From NCBI GenBank assembly GCA_965221335.1, contig CBDCSC010000004.1:400152-464151 (forward strand): a stretch of 64,000 nucleotides of DNA. Direction: 5' to 3'. Positions 10,609-19,974 of this stretch are shown here, one piece after another; within the stretch, counting starts at the first letter, position 1; each line of letters opens with the position of its first letter. The translations under genes were made by a program, and so were the position numbers. Origin of the DNA: Gammaproteobacteria bacterium (lineage in GTDB: Bacteria; Pseudomonadota; Gammaproteobacteria; Eutrophobiales; Eutrophobiaceae). Below the pieces are notes generated by a model. That model was not told where the DNA came from and searched no databases. It worked only from the letters and a program-made list of their open reading frames with translations.

Positions 10609-11709
10609 TTAAGCACGCGCTTCCTGAACTCGGATGGACTCGACCCTGCTATCCTCCCGGCGCAATACGCCGCGGCGAAGTTGGTCTTGCTCTATGGACT
10701 CGAACAATGCCTGAAAATTGCCCTCGCCGAAACCTTCGTTGCCTTTGCGCTGGATGATTTCAAAGAAAATCGGCCCTATCACGTTTTCAGTAAAGATCTG
10801 CAACAACAGACCCTTGCCCTCACCGGGCGCGCCGTCGATTAGTATATGGCGCTGCCTGAGCGCCTGCAGATCTTCTCCGTGACCGGGCAAACGGCGGTCC
10901 ACGCTTTCATAATATGTGTCCGGCGTGGTCTGGAATTCCACGCCGCGACAGCGTAAAGCGTCCACGGTCGCATAGATATCGTCCGTTGCCAGCGCGATAT
11001 GCTGTATGCCTTCCCCGCGGTATTCGCTCAGGTATTCCTCAATTTGTGATTTGTCGTCGGCGGACTCGTTGATCGGGATGCGTATTTTGCCGCAAGGGCT
11101 GACCATCGCGCGGCTTTTCAAGCCGGTCAGCCTGCCTTCTATATCGAAGTATTGCAATTCCCTGAAGTTGAATAACTTTTGGTAGAAATCCGCCCACTTG
11201 TCCATATTGCCGCGGTGCACATTATGGGTAAGGTGGTCCACTGACGCGAGTCTGGTCTCCACGTCGCGCCGCTCGACGTCGAGCGGAACAAAATCCACAT
11301 CGTAGATGGTTCTATCCCCATAACGGTCAACCAGGTACAAGCGGCTGCCGCCGATGCCGGCAAGCGCGGGTATATTCAATTCCATTGGCCCGGCCCGGTG
11401 CTCAACTCCTTGCGCGCCCAGCTCAAGCGCCCTGGCATAGGCGCTGGCCGCGTCCCTGACCCGAAATGCGACCGCACAAATGGACGGCCCGTGCTGCTCC
11501 GCAAAGCGCCGGGCAAAACTGTCCGGCTCGGCGTTGATAATAAAATTGATATCGCCCTGGGCGTGCAGGGTCACATTCTTGCTGCGATGTTGCGCAGTAG
11601 CGGGGAAGCCCATTGTTTCAAACAGGCGCCGCAGCAACGCCGGGTCGGGCGCGGTGTATTCGATAAACTCAAACCCATCGGTACCCATGGGGTTATGCTT
11701 GTCAGCCAT
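10609..11709 (-). CDS. hppD: 4-hydroxyphenylpyruvate dioxygenase
   Basis: Two VOC/glyoxalase-like halves. Conserved HPPD stretches HIALATDDIY, FFEIIQRKG and GFGEGNFQALFESIE are present. Start placed at ATG 11709 (MADKHNP) because an AGGAGG lies 7 nt upstream; the longer ORF-track start lacks an RBS. Confidence 0.85.
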   Translation of the reverse strand: MADKHNPMGTDGFEFIEYTAPDPALLRRLFETMGFPATAQHRSKNVTLHAQGDINFIINAEPDSFARRFAEQHGPSICAVAFRVRDAASAYARALELGAQGVEHRAGPMELNIPALAGIGGSRLYLVDRYGDRTIYDVDFVPLDVERRDVETRLASVDHLTHNVHRGNMDKWADFYQKLFNFRELQYFDIEGRLTGLKSRAMVSPCGKIRIPINESADDKSQIEEYLSEYRGEGIQHIALATDDIYATVDALRCRGVEFQTTPDTYYESVDRRLPGHGEDLQALRQRHILIDGAPGEGKGLLLQIFTENVIGPIFFEIIQRKGNEGFGEGNFQALFESIEQDQLRRGVLRREDSRVESIRVQEARA

Positions 11710-11839
11710 GAGCATTCCTCCTGTTCTGAAATTAGTTGCTGTTGCAACAAATATTAGTTGCACGAACAACTTTTGTCAAGCGCTTCGATTAAAATCCGGG
11801 TCGTACTTCGCGCACGACCACAACGGGCGCACTTGATTT

Positions 11840-12337
11840 GTGGTAAAGAAGGCTATATGTTGCCGAACCAAGTTATCGCCGGAGCCTGGCGTATTGCAAC
11901 AGCGCGAACCATTACGACTTGAAGCATTTCTACCCTACAGGTTGTCCCTGCTGTCGAATGCCGTCAGCGGGGCTATCGCCGAAGTTTACGGGGACAGGTT
12001 TGCACTATCGATGCCGGAGTGGCGTATTATGATGATCCTGGCCGAGTATCCCGACATCTCTGCAGAGGAAGTCTGCCGGCGCACAAAAATTGAAAAGTCC
12101 GTCGTATCCAGGGCGGTGGCGCGGCTGCTCAAACGGCATTTCATCCACCGGGATGTGGATGATAACGACCGGCGCCGCTCCATATTGAGACTGTCGGAAA
12201 CCGGCTTGTCCGTTTATGATGAAGTCATGCCCATCGCCCGGGATTACGAAACAAGTTTATTGGCGGACTTGACCGAGGAAGAGCTGGAGGCGTTCAACGC
12301 GATGATTGACAGGCTGATGGAAAAGGCGACTATTTAA
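11840..12337 (+). CDS. MarR-family transcriptional regulator
   Basis: 165 aa with a winged-helix region (LSMPEWRIMMILAEYPDISAEEVCRRTKIEKSVVSRAVARLLKR). Divergent from hppD. The true start may be internal. Confidence 0.7.
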   Translation: MVKKAICCRTKLSPEPGVLQQREPLRLEAFLPYRLSLLSNAVSGAIAEVYGDRFALSMPEWRIMMILAEYPDISAEEVCRRTKIEKSVVSRAVARLLKRHFIHRDVDDNDRRRSILRLSETGLSVYDEVMPIARDYETSLLADLTEEELEAFNAMIDRLMEKATI

Positions 12338-12343
12338 TCTACT

Positions 12344-12372
12344 GGATTCCCGTTTGCACGGGAATGGTACAG
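12344..12372. repeat. hairpin repeat, family 2 copy (GGATTCCCGTTTGCACGGGAATGGTACAG)
   Basis: 7-bp stem ATTCCCG/CGGGAAT with a TTTGCA loop followed by TGGTACAG, immediately after the marR stop. Related copies occur at 28910-28935 (inverted) and 28976-29007. Confidence 0.5.
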
Positions 12373-12392
12373 TGCATGGGTTATACAACAAG

Positions 12393-12613
12393 AGAACCTC
12401 TGATTAAGTCAGAAGTTCCCACGATACAAGGATGTATCGTCACAAATCAGCCTGGAGCGGATTTGGACATCCGAAGGATGCCCGAATGGTGTGCGTCATG
12501 GAAGGTGCACATCAATATCAATGGCTGTAAGGCATTGATATTTCGAGGATATAAATCGCATTTTTGCTTTCCGTACTCTGACAAGTCCAGGATGGACTTG
12601 TTCAGAGTTTCCC
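12393..12613. repeat. palindromic repeat family 1, long composite copy A (~221 bp)
   Basis: Ends are AGAACCTCTGATTAAGTCAGAAGTTCC and TCCGTACTCTGACAAGTCCAGGATGGACTTGTTCAGAGTTTCCC. These are the reverse complements of the two termini joined head-to-tail in copy B (13822-13889). The internal ~150 bp is shared with copy C plus an extra ~70-bp insert. Confidence 0.7.
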
Positions 12614-12636
12614 AAGATTTAACAGGAGAAGATAGT

Positions 12637-13722
12637 ATGGAATTAGCCGTTCTTGGTGGTGGCCACGGTTGTTATGCCGCCGCCGCTACGCTGACCGAGC
12701 AAGGCCACCAGGTGCGTTTCTGGCGCCGCGATAAGGTGGCGTTTGAGCCGGTACTGAAAACAAAAACCGTTACCCTGCTCGACAGCAAGGGGGAACGGGA
12801 CGTTGAAATACACCAGGCAACCACTGACCTGGCCGAAGCAATCAACGGTGTGGAGTTGATTGTAATCCCCCTGCCGGCGCTGGTCCATGAAGCCCTGGCA
12901 CGCGAGCTGGCGCCGCACTTGCGGGATGGCCAGGTCGTGTACCTGCCACCCGGAACGTTCGGCAGCTACCTGTTTGCCCGGGCCTTGCGGGACGCCGGCA
13001 ACCCTGCTGACGTCAGTTTTGCGGAAACCGGCACCCTGCCCTACCTGGCCAGGAAACGTTCTGCCAGCCTGGTTGCAGTCAGTGGCTATGCCACCCGCCT
13101 GCCCAGCGGAGTGTTCCCGGCAAAAAATTCGGATTACGCATTCCCCATTCTGGAACAGGCGTATCCCGCTGTGGAGCGTATTGAAGACGCGTTAAGCGGC
13201 GCCTTGATGAATGCCGGCCCGATTATTCATCCGCCCCTGATCCTGATGAATGCCGGGCCCATGGAGCATTTCGAGCGCTGGGATATTCATAACGAAGGCA
13301 CGCAAGCGTCCATTCGGCGGGTGACCGACACGCTTGACGGAGAAAGAATTGCAATCCGCGAGGCGTTTGGTTATGCGCCGCCCCATTTTCCGTTGGCCGA
13401 CCATTACCGGCCGAACGGCGATGAGTGGATGTACGGGAATGCCGCCCATGAAAGACTCACGGACAGCGGCGACTGGCGCGAACATATTGATCTGAAATCA
13501 CACCGCTATATGACCGAGGATGTCGAACTGGGACTGGCGCTATTGGTCTCCTGCGCCGGCTACCTGGGCCTGGATGCGCCCATCAGCCGCGGCATGCTGG
13601 CCATGGGGTCCGCCATCACCGGGCGGAATTTTCTTGAGACGGGTCGAACCTTGGAGAACCTGGGAGTTGCCGATATGGACCGTGCCGCGCTGGCTGAATT
13701 GTTGTATGAGGGAATCCGCTGA
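12637..13722 (+). CDS. NAD(P)-dependent opine (octopine/nopaline) dehydrogenase-family oxidoreductase
   Basis: Rossmann N-terminus MELAVLGGGHGCYAAAATL followed by an alpha-helical C-domain. ATG at 12637 has an AGGAGA RBS. The ORF-track N-terminal extension (12364-12636) is just a translation of repeat copy A. Confidence 0.65.
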   Translation: MELAVLGGGHGCYAAAATLTEQGHQVRFWRRDKVAFEPVLKTKTVTLLDSKGERDVEIHQATTDLAEAINGVELIVIPLPALVHEALARELAPHLRDGQVVYLPPGTFGSYLFARALRDAGNPADVSFAETGTLPYLARKRSASLVAVSGYATRLPSGVFPAKNSDYAFPILEQAYPAVERIEDALSGALMNAGPIIHPPLILMNAGPMEHFERWDIHNEGTQASIRRVTDTLDGERIAIREAFGYAPPHFPLADHYRPNGDEWMYGNAAHERLTDSGDWREHIDLKSHRYMTEDVELGLALLVSCAGYLGLDAPISRGMLAMGSAITGRNFLETGRTLENLGVADMDRAALAELLYEGIR

Positions 13723-13821
13723 TGACGCAGATTTTTCATGCCACAGAGGGCACAGAGATCACAAAGTGGGCCGAATATCCGTTCAACATCTGTGCTACTT
13801 GGATGGTCAGTAATTTATCTT

Positions 13822-13889
13822 GGGAAGCTCTGAACAAGTCCATCCTGGACTTGTCAGAGTACGGAACATCTGACTTAATCAGAGGTTCC
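13822..13889. repeat. palindromic repeat family 1, short copy B (two termini joined, 68 bp)
   Basis: GGGAAGCTCTGAACAAGTCCATCCTGGACTTGTCAGAGTACGGA followed by ACATCTGACTTAATCAGAGGTTCC. Sits between the opine-DH-like gene and the next gene. Confidence 0.7.
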
Positions 13890-13894
13890 TTAAG

Positions 13895-14884
13895 ATGGGG
13901 GTGATGAAGGATAAACGCATCCTGGCCGCCGGCGCCGGCCGCATGGGCAGAGGCATTGCCCACATGTTCGCGTATGCCGGCTACCCGGTGGCGCTGCTTG
14001 ACGTCAAGGACCGCGACGAGGACGGGTTCAGGCAACTGGTCGATGCGGCGCTGGCTGAAATTGAGGCAAACCTGACGTTCCTGTCCGAGCTCGGCCACAT
14101 CAGCCCTGCGCAGGTAAACAAGGTCCTCGACCTCATTGAGGTCAAACCCAAGGCAAGCGCGCCTACAGCGATAGGCGCGGCCGATGTCATCATCGAAGCG
14201 GTACCGGAGACCCCGGAGGCAAAAAAGCATGCGCTTGAGTTGATTGGGGAACATGCCGGCGCCGATGCGATAACGACCTCGACCACCTCTTCCATGCTGG
14301 TAACCGAACTGCAACAGTGGGTTGCGCAACCGGAGCGCTTCCTGAACACACATTTTCTGAACCCTGCCTACCTTATCCCGCTGGTGGAGGTCAGCCCCGC
14401 CCCGAATACGGCGGAGAGCGTGGCGCTGGATATCATTACCCTGTTCGAATCCATCGGCAAGGCGCCGGTCAGGTGTGCGGCAGCGCCGGGTTACATCATC
14501 CCGCGCCTGCAATCCCTGCTGATGGCCGAAGCCTGCCGCATGGTGGAGGAAGGCGTGGCGACCCCGGCAGAGATCGATAAGGCCATTACCCATGGATTCG
14601 GCCCCCGTTACAGCACCTTGGGCGTGATGGAGTTTATCGACTGGGGCGGCGTCGATATTCTCTACTATGCCGGCCACTACCTCTCAAAGGCGCTGGATTC
14701 CCCGCGCCATGCTCCGCCGGAAGAAGTATCCAGGATGATGCAGGACGGGCGCAAGGGCATGCGTGAAGGCCGTGGCTATTACGATTTCCGCGACATGGAT
14801 GTGGATGCCTGGCAAAAGGAAAAGCTGACCCGATTCGTCACCCTACTTGGCAGCCTCGGACAGATACCGAAACCCGGAGTTTAA
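13895..14884 (+). CDS. 3-hydroxyacyl-CoA dehydrogenase family protein (NAD-binding)
   Basis: 329 aa. N-terminal ILAAGAGRMGRGIA Rossmann motif and a central region typical of 3-hydroxybutyryl-CoA dehydrogenases. Confidence 0.75.
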   Translation: MGVMKDKRILAAGAGRMGRGIAHMFAYAGYPVALLDVKDRDEDGFRQLVDAALAEIEANLTFLSELGHISPAQVNKVLDLIEVKPKASAPTAIGAADVIIEAVPETPEAKKHALELIGEHAGADAITTSTTSSMLVTELQQWVAQPERFLNTHFLNPAYLIPLVEVSPAPNTAESVALDIITLFESIGKAPVRCAAAPGYIIPRLQSLLMAEACRMVEEGVATPAEIDKAITHGFGPRYSTLGVMEFIDWGGVDILYYAGHYLSKALDSPRHAPPEEVSRMMQDGRKGMREGRGYYDFRDMDVDAWQKEKLTRFVTLLGSLGQIPKPGV

Positions 14885-15504
14885 CCGCCAATGTCGATAA
14901 TTCCCTTTTCCTTCATATAGTTGATAATGATGTCAACCTCTTGCGCAAGCGTCATTTGATCGCTGCGGAGATGGATTTCCGGACTTTCAGGTTCCTCGTA
15001 AGGATCGTCAATACCGGTAAAGTTCCTGATCTCCCCGGCCCTGGCTTTTTTGTACAAGCCCTTGGGGTCGCGCTGCTCAGCGGTCTCCAGGGAGCAATCC
15101 ACATGTATTTCGATAAAGTCGAAGCCCGCTTCCCGGTGCAGTTGCCGCACCTGATCGCGGTCCGCCCGGTAAGGACTGATGAAAGCGGATAGAACCAGCA
15201 GGCCCGCATCCACAAACAGCTTGGATATCTCACCGATACGCCGGATGTTCTCGGTCCGATCCTCTGCCGAGAAGCCCAGGTTCCTGTTGATACCCATGCG
15301 GATATTGTCACCGTCCAGCCGGTAGCTGAGCTTGCCGTGTTCGTAAAGAACCGCTTCGAGCGCTACCGCAATGGTACTCTTGCCACTGCCGGAAAGGCCG
15401 GTAAACCAGAGCGTCGTGCCTTTCTGACCCAGAAACCGGTTCCGGTCCGCGCGGGTGATATCTCCTTCATGCCAATGCACATTGGTCGCTTTTTGTTTTG
15501 TCAT
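14881..15504 (-). CDS. cysC: adenylyl-sulfate (APS) kinase
   Basis: 207 aa. P-loop GLSGSGKST and the conserved APS-kinase core (LDGDNIR...FISPY). Confidence 0.9.
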   Translation of the reverse strand: MTKQKATNVHWHEGDITRADRNRFLGQKGTTLWFTGLSGSGKSTIAVALEAVLYEHGKLSYRLDGDNIRMGINRNLGFSAEDRTENIRRIGEISKLFVDAGLLVLSAFISPYRADRDQVRQLHREAGFDFIEIHVDCSLETAEQRDPKGLYKKARAGEIRNFTGIDDPYEEPESPEIHLRSDQMTLAQEVDIIINYMKEKGIIDIGG

Positions 15505-15741
15505 TCTCTACACCCGTGTCCCATTGTTACAGTTTAACATGTGCCGGATTGCGCGCGGATAATCCAGGCAGATCGTAATCAGCCTGTTTGCCGGTAGCGA
15601 GGAATACGGAGAGCAGTTGCAAAGGTATGTTGGTATTCCACAAGAGGTATCAGGTGGTTGTTCTGCATAGGGAAAATACGGCATTGCATAAATTTCTGCC
15701 CGCTTATGGTACTAGAATAAATCCCGATCGATCTTTCTATC

Positions 15742-18114
15742 ATGGAGGTCGTTGTGAATAATAAGTATCTCTTAGCGGTTTTACCAGGTTTCTTGATTTC
15801 GTTGTTTTCCACCATGGCCGCCGCTCAGGTTGTGCTGGAAGAAGTAGTAGTCACTGCCCAGAAGCGCGAACAATCCATACAGGATGTGCCTATTTCGATT
15901 ACGGCCATCAGTGGGGATGATTTGCAAAATAATATTGTGCAGGATATCTACGACCTGCGCGCGACGGTTCCGGCGCTGGAAGTCAGGGGCGTCGACCCAC
16001 CCAGCCAGGGCGCGGCGTTTGCCATCAGGGGATTGGGTTCTTCTGTATTTAACATGGGGTTCGAGCCCACTGTCGGTACTTTTATCGATGGTGTGTATGT
16101 CAGCCGCTCCGGACTGGTGGCAAGCAGTGACCTGCTTGACCTGGACCGGGTCGAAATATTAAAAGGCCCGCAAGGCACCCTGTTCGGCAAGAACACCACC
16201 GGCGGCGTTATCCATTTCATCACGAATAAACCCTCGTTCGATGAAGTGGATGGCTTTGCTGAAGTCACCTACCAGGAATATGATCAGGTCAGGGTCAGAG
16301 GCGTATTAAACGTCCCTGTCCAGGATAACTTCGCGGCCCGCATCGCCGCTTCCTGGCATAACGGAGATGGCTATCTCGATAATGCAAACGGTGACGATCT
16401 CAATGATCGGGACCGGTTCACGCTGCGCGGCCAACTCCTGTGGGAACCGAATGATGATTTGAACATCCGGGTTATTGTCGATTACAGCGAAGTGGACGAA
16501 AACTGTTGCTGGCCGGTAAGGAATACCAATAACCCGCTCAACCCTGTCGTGAACGCGCCGCTGGCGGCGGCGATCGGCGCCAGTATCATTGACCCCCCTG
16601 ACGTGGACGGCCTGCGTGTGGCCGCCAACGGCGACCTGGTTTATGATGCCGAAGATTTCGGCATATCAGGCGAAATCAACTGGAAGCTCGGTGGTATCAC
16701 CCTGACATCCATCACCGCTTACCGGGATTACCAGGATGTGAACACCAAGGACAATGACTTCACCGGCGTGGACATGCTGATCAATACGGATACCCTGCCG
16801 GAGGTGAGCATCGTCTCGGAAGAATTCCGTATTGCCGGAGTGAGTGAGGATGTCGGCTTCGCCCGGTCGCTTGATTGGGTGGTCGGCTTTTATTATGCCA
16901 ACGAGCAGGTCAAACGAACCAGGGAATTTGTCTGGGGTTCGCAAATCACCTCTTTTCCATTCTTCTTTCCCGGTTTGTTCGGCAACGTGCCCGGACGCGC
17001 ATTCTTCGATGAATTCAGCCAGGATGTGGACACCGTGGCCGGTTTCGGTCACATAACCATCGATATCAACGATAAACTCTCCCTGACCGGCGGTGTCCGT
17101 TATACCGATGATGACAAGAACGCCAGCCACAGGGGCGTGACAGGCAATGCGGCAGCGCCTTTCAATAATTTTCCGCTTGCCGTTGTGCATGATTTCGATG
17201 CCGAACGTAATGACAGCGAGGCAACGGGGACCGCCAGTATCCAATACAGGGCCACAGACAATGTGATGGGATTTTTCACCTACAGTCGGGGCTATAAATC
17301 TGGCGGCATCAGCCTGAACAGGGACGCTGCGGGCAATGCCGTGACGTTGGGCGACCCGGTACTGGGATGCCCACCGGGCGGGACCTTGGTTCCCCCCGTA
17401 TGTCTTTTCCCACCGGGCGACCCGACATTCGACCCTGAATATGCCGATCATTATGAGATAGGTTTAAAAAGCATTTTGTTTGACGGCCGTATGCGGTTGA
17501 ATGCTTCTATCTGGAAAACGGATTTTGAAGGGCTGCAACTCCAGACGTTAAGAACGGATGGTTCGTTCCAGGTCATTAATGTGGCCGGCGCAACCTCGCA
17601 AGGCATCGAGTTGGATGTAAACCTGGCTGTAAGTCAGAATCTTGATGTTTATGCCGCGGTTCAATTCCTGGACGCGGATTTTGATGATGGCGTACCGGCG
17701 CTGTCACCGGGGTTGCCCGCGATGGGCGGTCAGGATATACCTTATTCGTCTGATATTACCGGCAATCTTGGCGCCAATTTCAACCTGCCGCTGGGCGATA
17801 CCGGGATGCGCTTGTTCCTGAACGGCAACCTGTTTTTCCGGTCCGACTACTTTTCCTTTACGGAACCGGACCCCGCCCGTGTCCAGGAAGCGTATGAGTT
17901 GCTGAGCCTGCGCGGCGGTGTCAGCGCTGACAGCGGCAAATGGGAACTCGCCGTGTGGTGCCGCAATTGTACCGATGAACGGTACAAATACAGCGACTTC
18001 GCGATCCCATTTGATGGTTCGATACTGGCGTTCCCCGGCGCTCCGTTAGGCACACTCTGGTCACATTATGGCGCGCCGAGATTTGTTGGCGTAACCGGTA
18101 CTTTCCGCTTCTGA
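15742..18114 (+). CDS. TonB-dependent receptor
   Basis: 790 aa. Plug motif LEEVVVTAQKREQSIQDVPISI and KGPQGTLFG, and a C-terminal F. A GTG at 15754 (MNNKYLL…) may be the true start. Confidence 0.85.
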   Translation: MEVVVNNKYLLAVLPGFLISLFSTMAAAQVVLEEVVVTAQKREQSIQDVPISITAISGDDLQNNIVQDIYDLRATVPALEVRGVDPPSQGAAFAIRGLGSSVFNMGFEPTVGTFIDGVYVSRSGLVASSDLLDLDRVEILKGPQGTLFGKNTTGGVIHFITNKPSFDEVDGFAEVTYQEYDQVRVRGVLNVPVQDNFAARIAASWHNGDGYLDNANGDDLNDRDRFTLRGQLLWEPNDDLNIRVIVDYSEVDENCCWPVRNTNNPLNPVVNAPLAAAIGASIIDPPDVDGLRVAANGDLVYDAEDFGISGEINWKLGGITLTSITAYRDYQDVNTKDNDFTGVDMLINTDTLPEVSIVSEEFRIAGVSEDVGFARSLDWVVGFYYANEQVKRTREFVWGSQITSFPFFFPGLFGNVPGRAFFDEFSQDVDTVAGFGHITIDINDKLSLTGGVRYTDDDKNASHRGVTGNAAAPFNNFPLAVVHDFDAERNDSEATGTASIQYRATDNVMGFFTYSRGYKSGGISLNRDAAGNAVTLGDPVLGCPPGGTLVPPVCLFPPGDPTFDPEYADHYEIGLKSILFDGRMRLNASIWKTDFEGLQLQTLRTDGSFQVINVAGATSQGIELDVNLAVSQNLDVYAAVQFLDADFDDGVPALSPGLPAMGGQDIPYSSDITGNLGANFNLPLGDTGMRLFLNGNLFFRSDYFSFTEPDPARVQEAYELLSLRGGVSADSGKWELAVWCRNCTDERYKYSDFAIPFDGSILAFPGAPLGTLWSHYGAPRFVGVTGTFRF

Positions 18115-18121
18115 TTACTGA

Positions 18122-18153
18122 CCCGGATTTCTTATCGGCTGAGAAATCCGGGC
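18122..18153 (+). terminator. stem-loop downstream of the receptor gene (CCCGGATTTCT-n10-AGAAATCCGGG)
   Basis: 11-bp perfect stem 8 nt after the stop codon. The tail is only moderately U-rich. Confidence 0.35.
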
Positions 18154-18205
18154 TAAGGTTCTGGGTTCTGGAACACTCTGAGCACGCCAGGTGGTTCATT
18201 GCGCT

Positions 18206-18244
18206 ATGAAGAATATTGACAAATATCTTCATGATGCGATACTG
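18206..18244 (+). promoter_or_regulatory. candidate sigma70 promoter/operator of parDE
   Basis: TTGACA (18216-18221), 16-17 nt spacer, GATACT about 38 nt upstream of the parD ATG. An imperfect palindrome ATGAAGA-N13-TCTTCAT is centred on the -35. Confidence 0.35.
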
Positions 18245-18282
18245 GCGGCAGGTTTTTCTATAGATACTTCGGAGCCAGATCA

Positions 18283-18546
18283 ATGCCTGCATCACTCAAT
18301 TTATCGCTAACCGATGAACTCAAGGAGTTCGTTGAAAAACAGTCTGGCGATGGGACTCTTTTTGCTACATCCAGCGAATTTGTGCGCTCACTGATACGGG
18401 AAAGGAAAGAAAAAATAGAAGCGGCTACTTTACGCGAATCGATCCTCCACGGCTATCAGGACATAATAGAAGGGCGTACCAGCGAATACAAAGGCAACAT
18501 CGCTGAGGTAATCAGACAGGTAAAGGAACGCACTGTAACGGGTTAA
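18283..18546 (+). CDS. parD: type II antitoxin, ParD family (ribbon-helix-helix)
   Basis: 87 aa. The N-terminal MPASLNLSLTDELKEFVEKQ...SEFVRSLIRER matches the ParD/CopG-like antitoxin pattern. Confidence 0.8.
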   Translation: MPASLNLSLTDELKEFVEKQSGDGTLFATSSEFVRSLIRERKEKIEAATLRESILHGYQDIIEGRTSEYKGNIAEVIRQVKERTVTG

Positions 18547-18732
18547 CCCGAGTATCTCACCAATTGATGCGATGATCGCTGAGGATTTTTTTGACGCGCC
18601 CCATCCTTGGGGCGCTTCCTTAACGTATCAAGCGTAGTGTGTGATGGCAACATAGTCAACAGATTACCATAACTCATTGACAGCAAACATTTATCCGATC
18701 GTAACAAGCGAATTGGTGGGATATTCGGGTTC

Positions 18733-19086
18733 ATGGTAACTTTACACATTACTGATAGAGCAGCGCTTGAAATCGAACAGGTTCAAGAATATACAAAACA
18801 ACAATGGGGACAAGACCAGGCTGACAAATATATTGCGGATATAGACAGAATCCTGCAACTGTTACAGGAATACCCTGATCTTTTGCAGACAAAGACTCAA
18901 ATTTCCCAATACTTGAAATTCTACGCCACCGGCAAACATATCCTGGTTTTTGAGAAAATAAACGACGAAATTTATCTTATAACGGTTAAACACACGGCAA
19001 TGGATTTAGACAGCCGCATGCCTGAGCTTGAACCCGTTCTTAAAGAGGAAGTGCGGGCGTTGCGCGCAAGATTACTCAAATTATGA
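18733..19086 (+). CDS. parE: type II toxin, ParE/RelE family
   Basis: 117 aa. The N-terminus (...A..E.E.V.EYT.QQWGQDQADKYI.DI) and the C-terminal HILVFEKINDEIYLITVKH follow the ParE pattern. The gene is AT-rich and separated from parD by an unusual 187-bp gap. Confidence 0.8.
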   Translation: MVTLHITDRAALEIEQVQEYTKQQWGQDQADKYIADIDRILQLLQEYPDLLQTKTQISQYLKFYATGKHILVFEKINDEIYLITVKHTAMDLDSRMPELEPVLKEEVRALRARLLKL

Positions 19087-19132
19087 CTCTTTCAACTAAA
19101 TTGGCTTGTTCAGTGGGTCGGTAACGGATTTA

Positions 19133-19436
19133 ATGGCGTTGCAAAAGGATGAGATTCGCCGCTTATTGGAGCCTCTCAATGATGAACTGGCCTGTGCCGG
19201 TACTACCGGAGAGTTGTACCTGGTGGGTGGCGCCGTTATGTGCCTGGCATATAATGCGCGTCCATCAATCCAGGTCCTTGGATGAGGCTGATGTGCGGTT
19301 CCTGCCCCGTTATCTGAATATTGCGAATTACCGAAAAGCATTGGACATCATCTGCCAATATTACCCTTTGGAGCGATTTCCGCAAAAGACACTGTACGCA
19401 TTGGAAGAAATGGTAAATGATTTGGTTCCGGATTAG
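19133..19436 (+). pseudogene. small gene apparently disrupted by a frameshift
   Basis: Frame A (19133-19285) encodes MALQKDEIRRLLEPLNDELACAGTTGELYLVGGAVMCLAYNARPS…*. The ORF continues in another frame (listed ORF 19149-19436) as …LDEADVRFLPRYLNIANYRKALDIICQYYPLERFPQKTLYALEEMVNDLVPD. The switch point is near 19260-19285. Confidence 0.4.
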
Positions 19437-19497
19437 TGGGCTGTCATGGGTTCCTGAAGAATTTTTACTTCAAATCAAAACCGGAGGTTAACTGAAG

Positions 19498-19974
19498 ATG
19501 CACACCGACAAACAATACACCAACCGATTTGCCCGGGAAGTCATCGACCTGCACATCTTTTTTGAAGACTGGTTCGGCGGCTACTGCGAGAACAACGAGC
19601 AGGTTTTTGCGAAGCGCCTGCTGGACCGGATGCACGGTGATTTCAACATCATCCTGCCCGGAGGTATGATGATTTATGGCGCCGATTTCTGGCCGGAGTT
19701 CAGGAAATTGTACGGCAGCAACCCGGATTTTCATATAAGCATACGCGCCATCCAACAGCAGCCGCTGGCTGGTGATTCGGTGTATCTCGTCAACTACCAG
19801 GAGTGGCAGAGAAACGCCAGACAGTCAACTCCCCAGAACAACGGGCGGTTGTCCACGGCTGTCTTTGTTGAAGACAAGGATGCGCCCAACGGCATCAAGT
19901 GGTTCCACGTACATGAAACATGGCTGCCGGACGCAGTTATGGCTGCGGAAGCGTACAACTGGGAGCATAGCTAA
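19498..19974 (+). CDS. NTF2-like/SnoaL-like (DUF4440-type) small protein
   Basis: 158 aa. The C-terminal WFHVHETWLP motif is typical of DUF4440/ketosteroid-isomerase-like folds. Confidence 0.45.
   Translation: MHTDKQYTNRFAREVIDLHIFFEDWFGGYCENNEQVFAKRLLDRMHGDFNIILPGGMMIYGADFWPEFRKLYGSNPDFHISIRAIQQQPLAGDSVYLVNYQEWQRNARQSTPQNNGRLSTAVFVEDKDAPNGIKWFHVHETWLPDAVMAAEAYNWEHS

Noticed and set aside
12364-12636. N-terminal 91-aa extension of the ORF-track call 12364-13722 (MVQCMGYTTREPLIKSEVPTIQGC…)
   Set aside because: It is a read-through translation of repeat copy A. The same peptide-like strings (EPLIKSEVP, LNKSILDLSEYG) reappear wherever the repeat occurs, in ORFs 13722-13904, 36315-36509, 40598-40834 and 42790-43071, on either strand. 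The real gene starts at ATG 12637, which has a good RBS.
13736-14677. 313-aa minus-strand ORF antisense to the 3-hydroxyacyl-CoA dehydrogenase gene
   Set aside because: A typical high-GC antisense artefact. It is arginine/alanine-rich with low complexity and no recognisable motifs, and it is fully embedded in a well-supported gene on the other strand. The same reasoning applies to 16666-17451, 34449-34997, 39849-40556, 45620-46336, 48717-49826, 55909-56886, 56964-57871, 59255-59989 and 62815-63507.
18547-18732. The hairpin in the parD-parE gap as an intrinsic terminator that uncouples the toxin
   Set aside because: On the plus strand the T-run precedes the stem rather than following it. On the minus strand the stem is followed by an A-run. 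Neither orientation is a canonical intrinsic terminator. It is left as an unexplained structural element under the ParDE finding.
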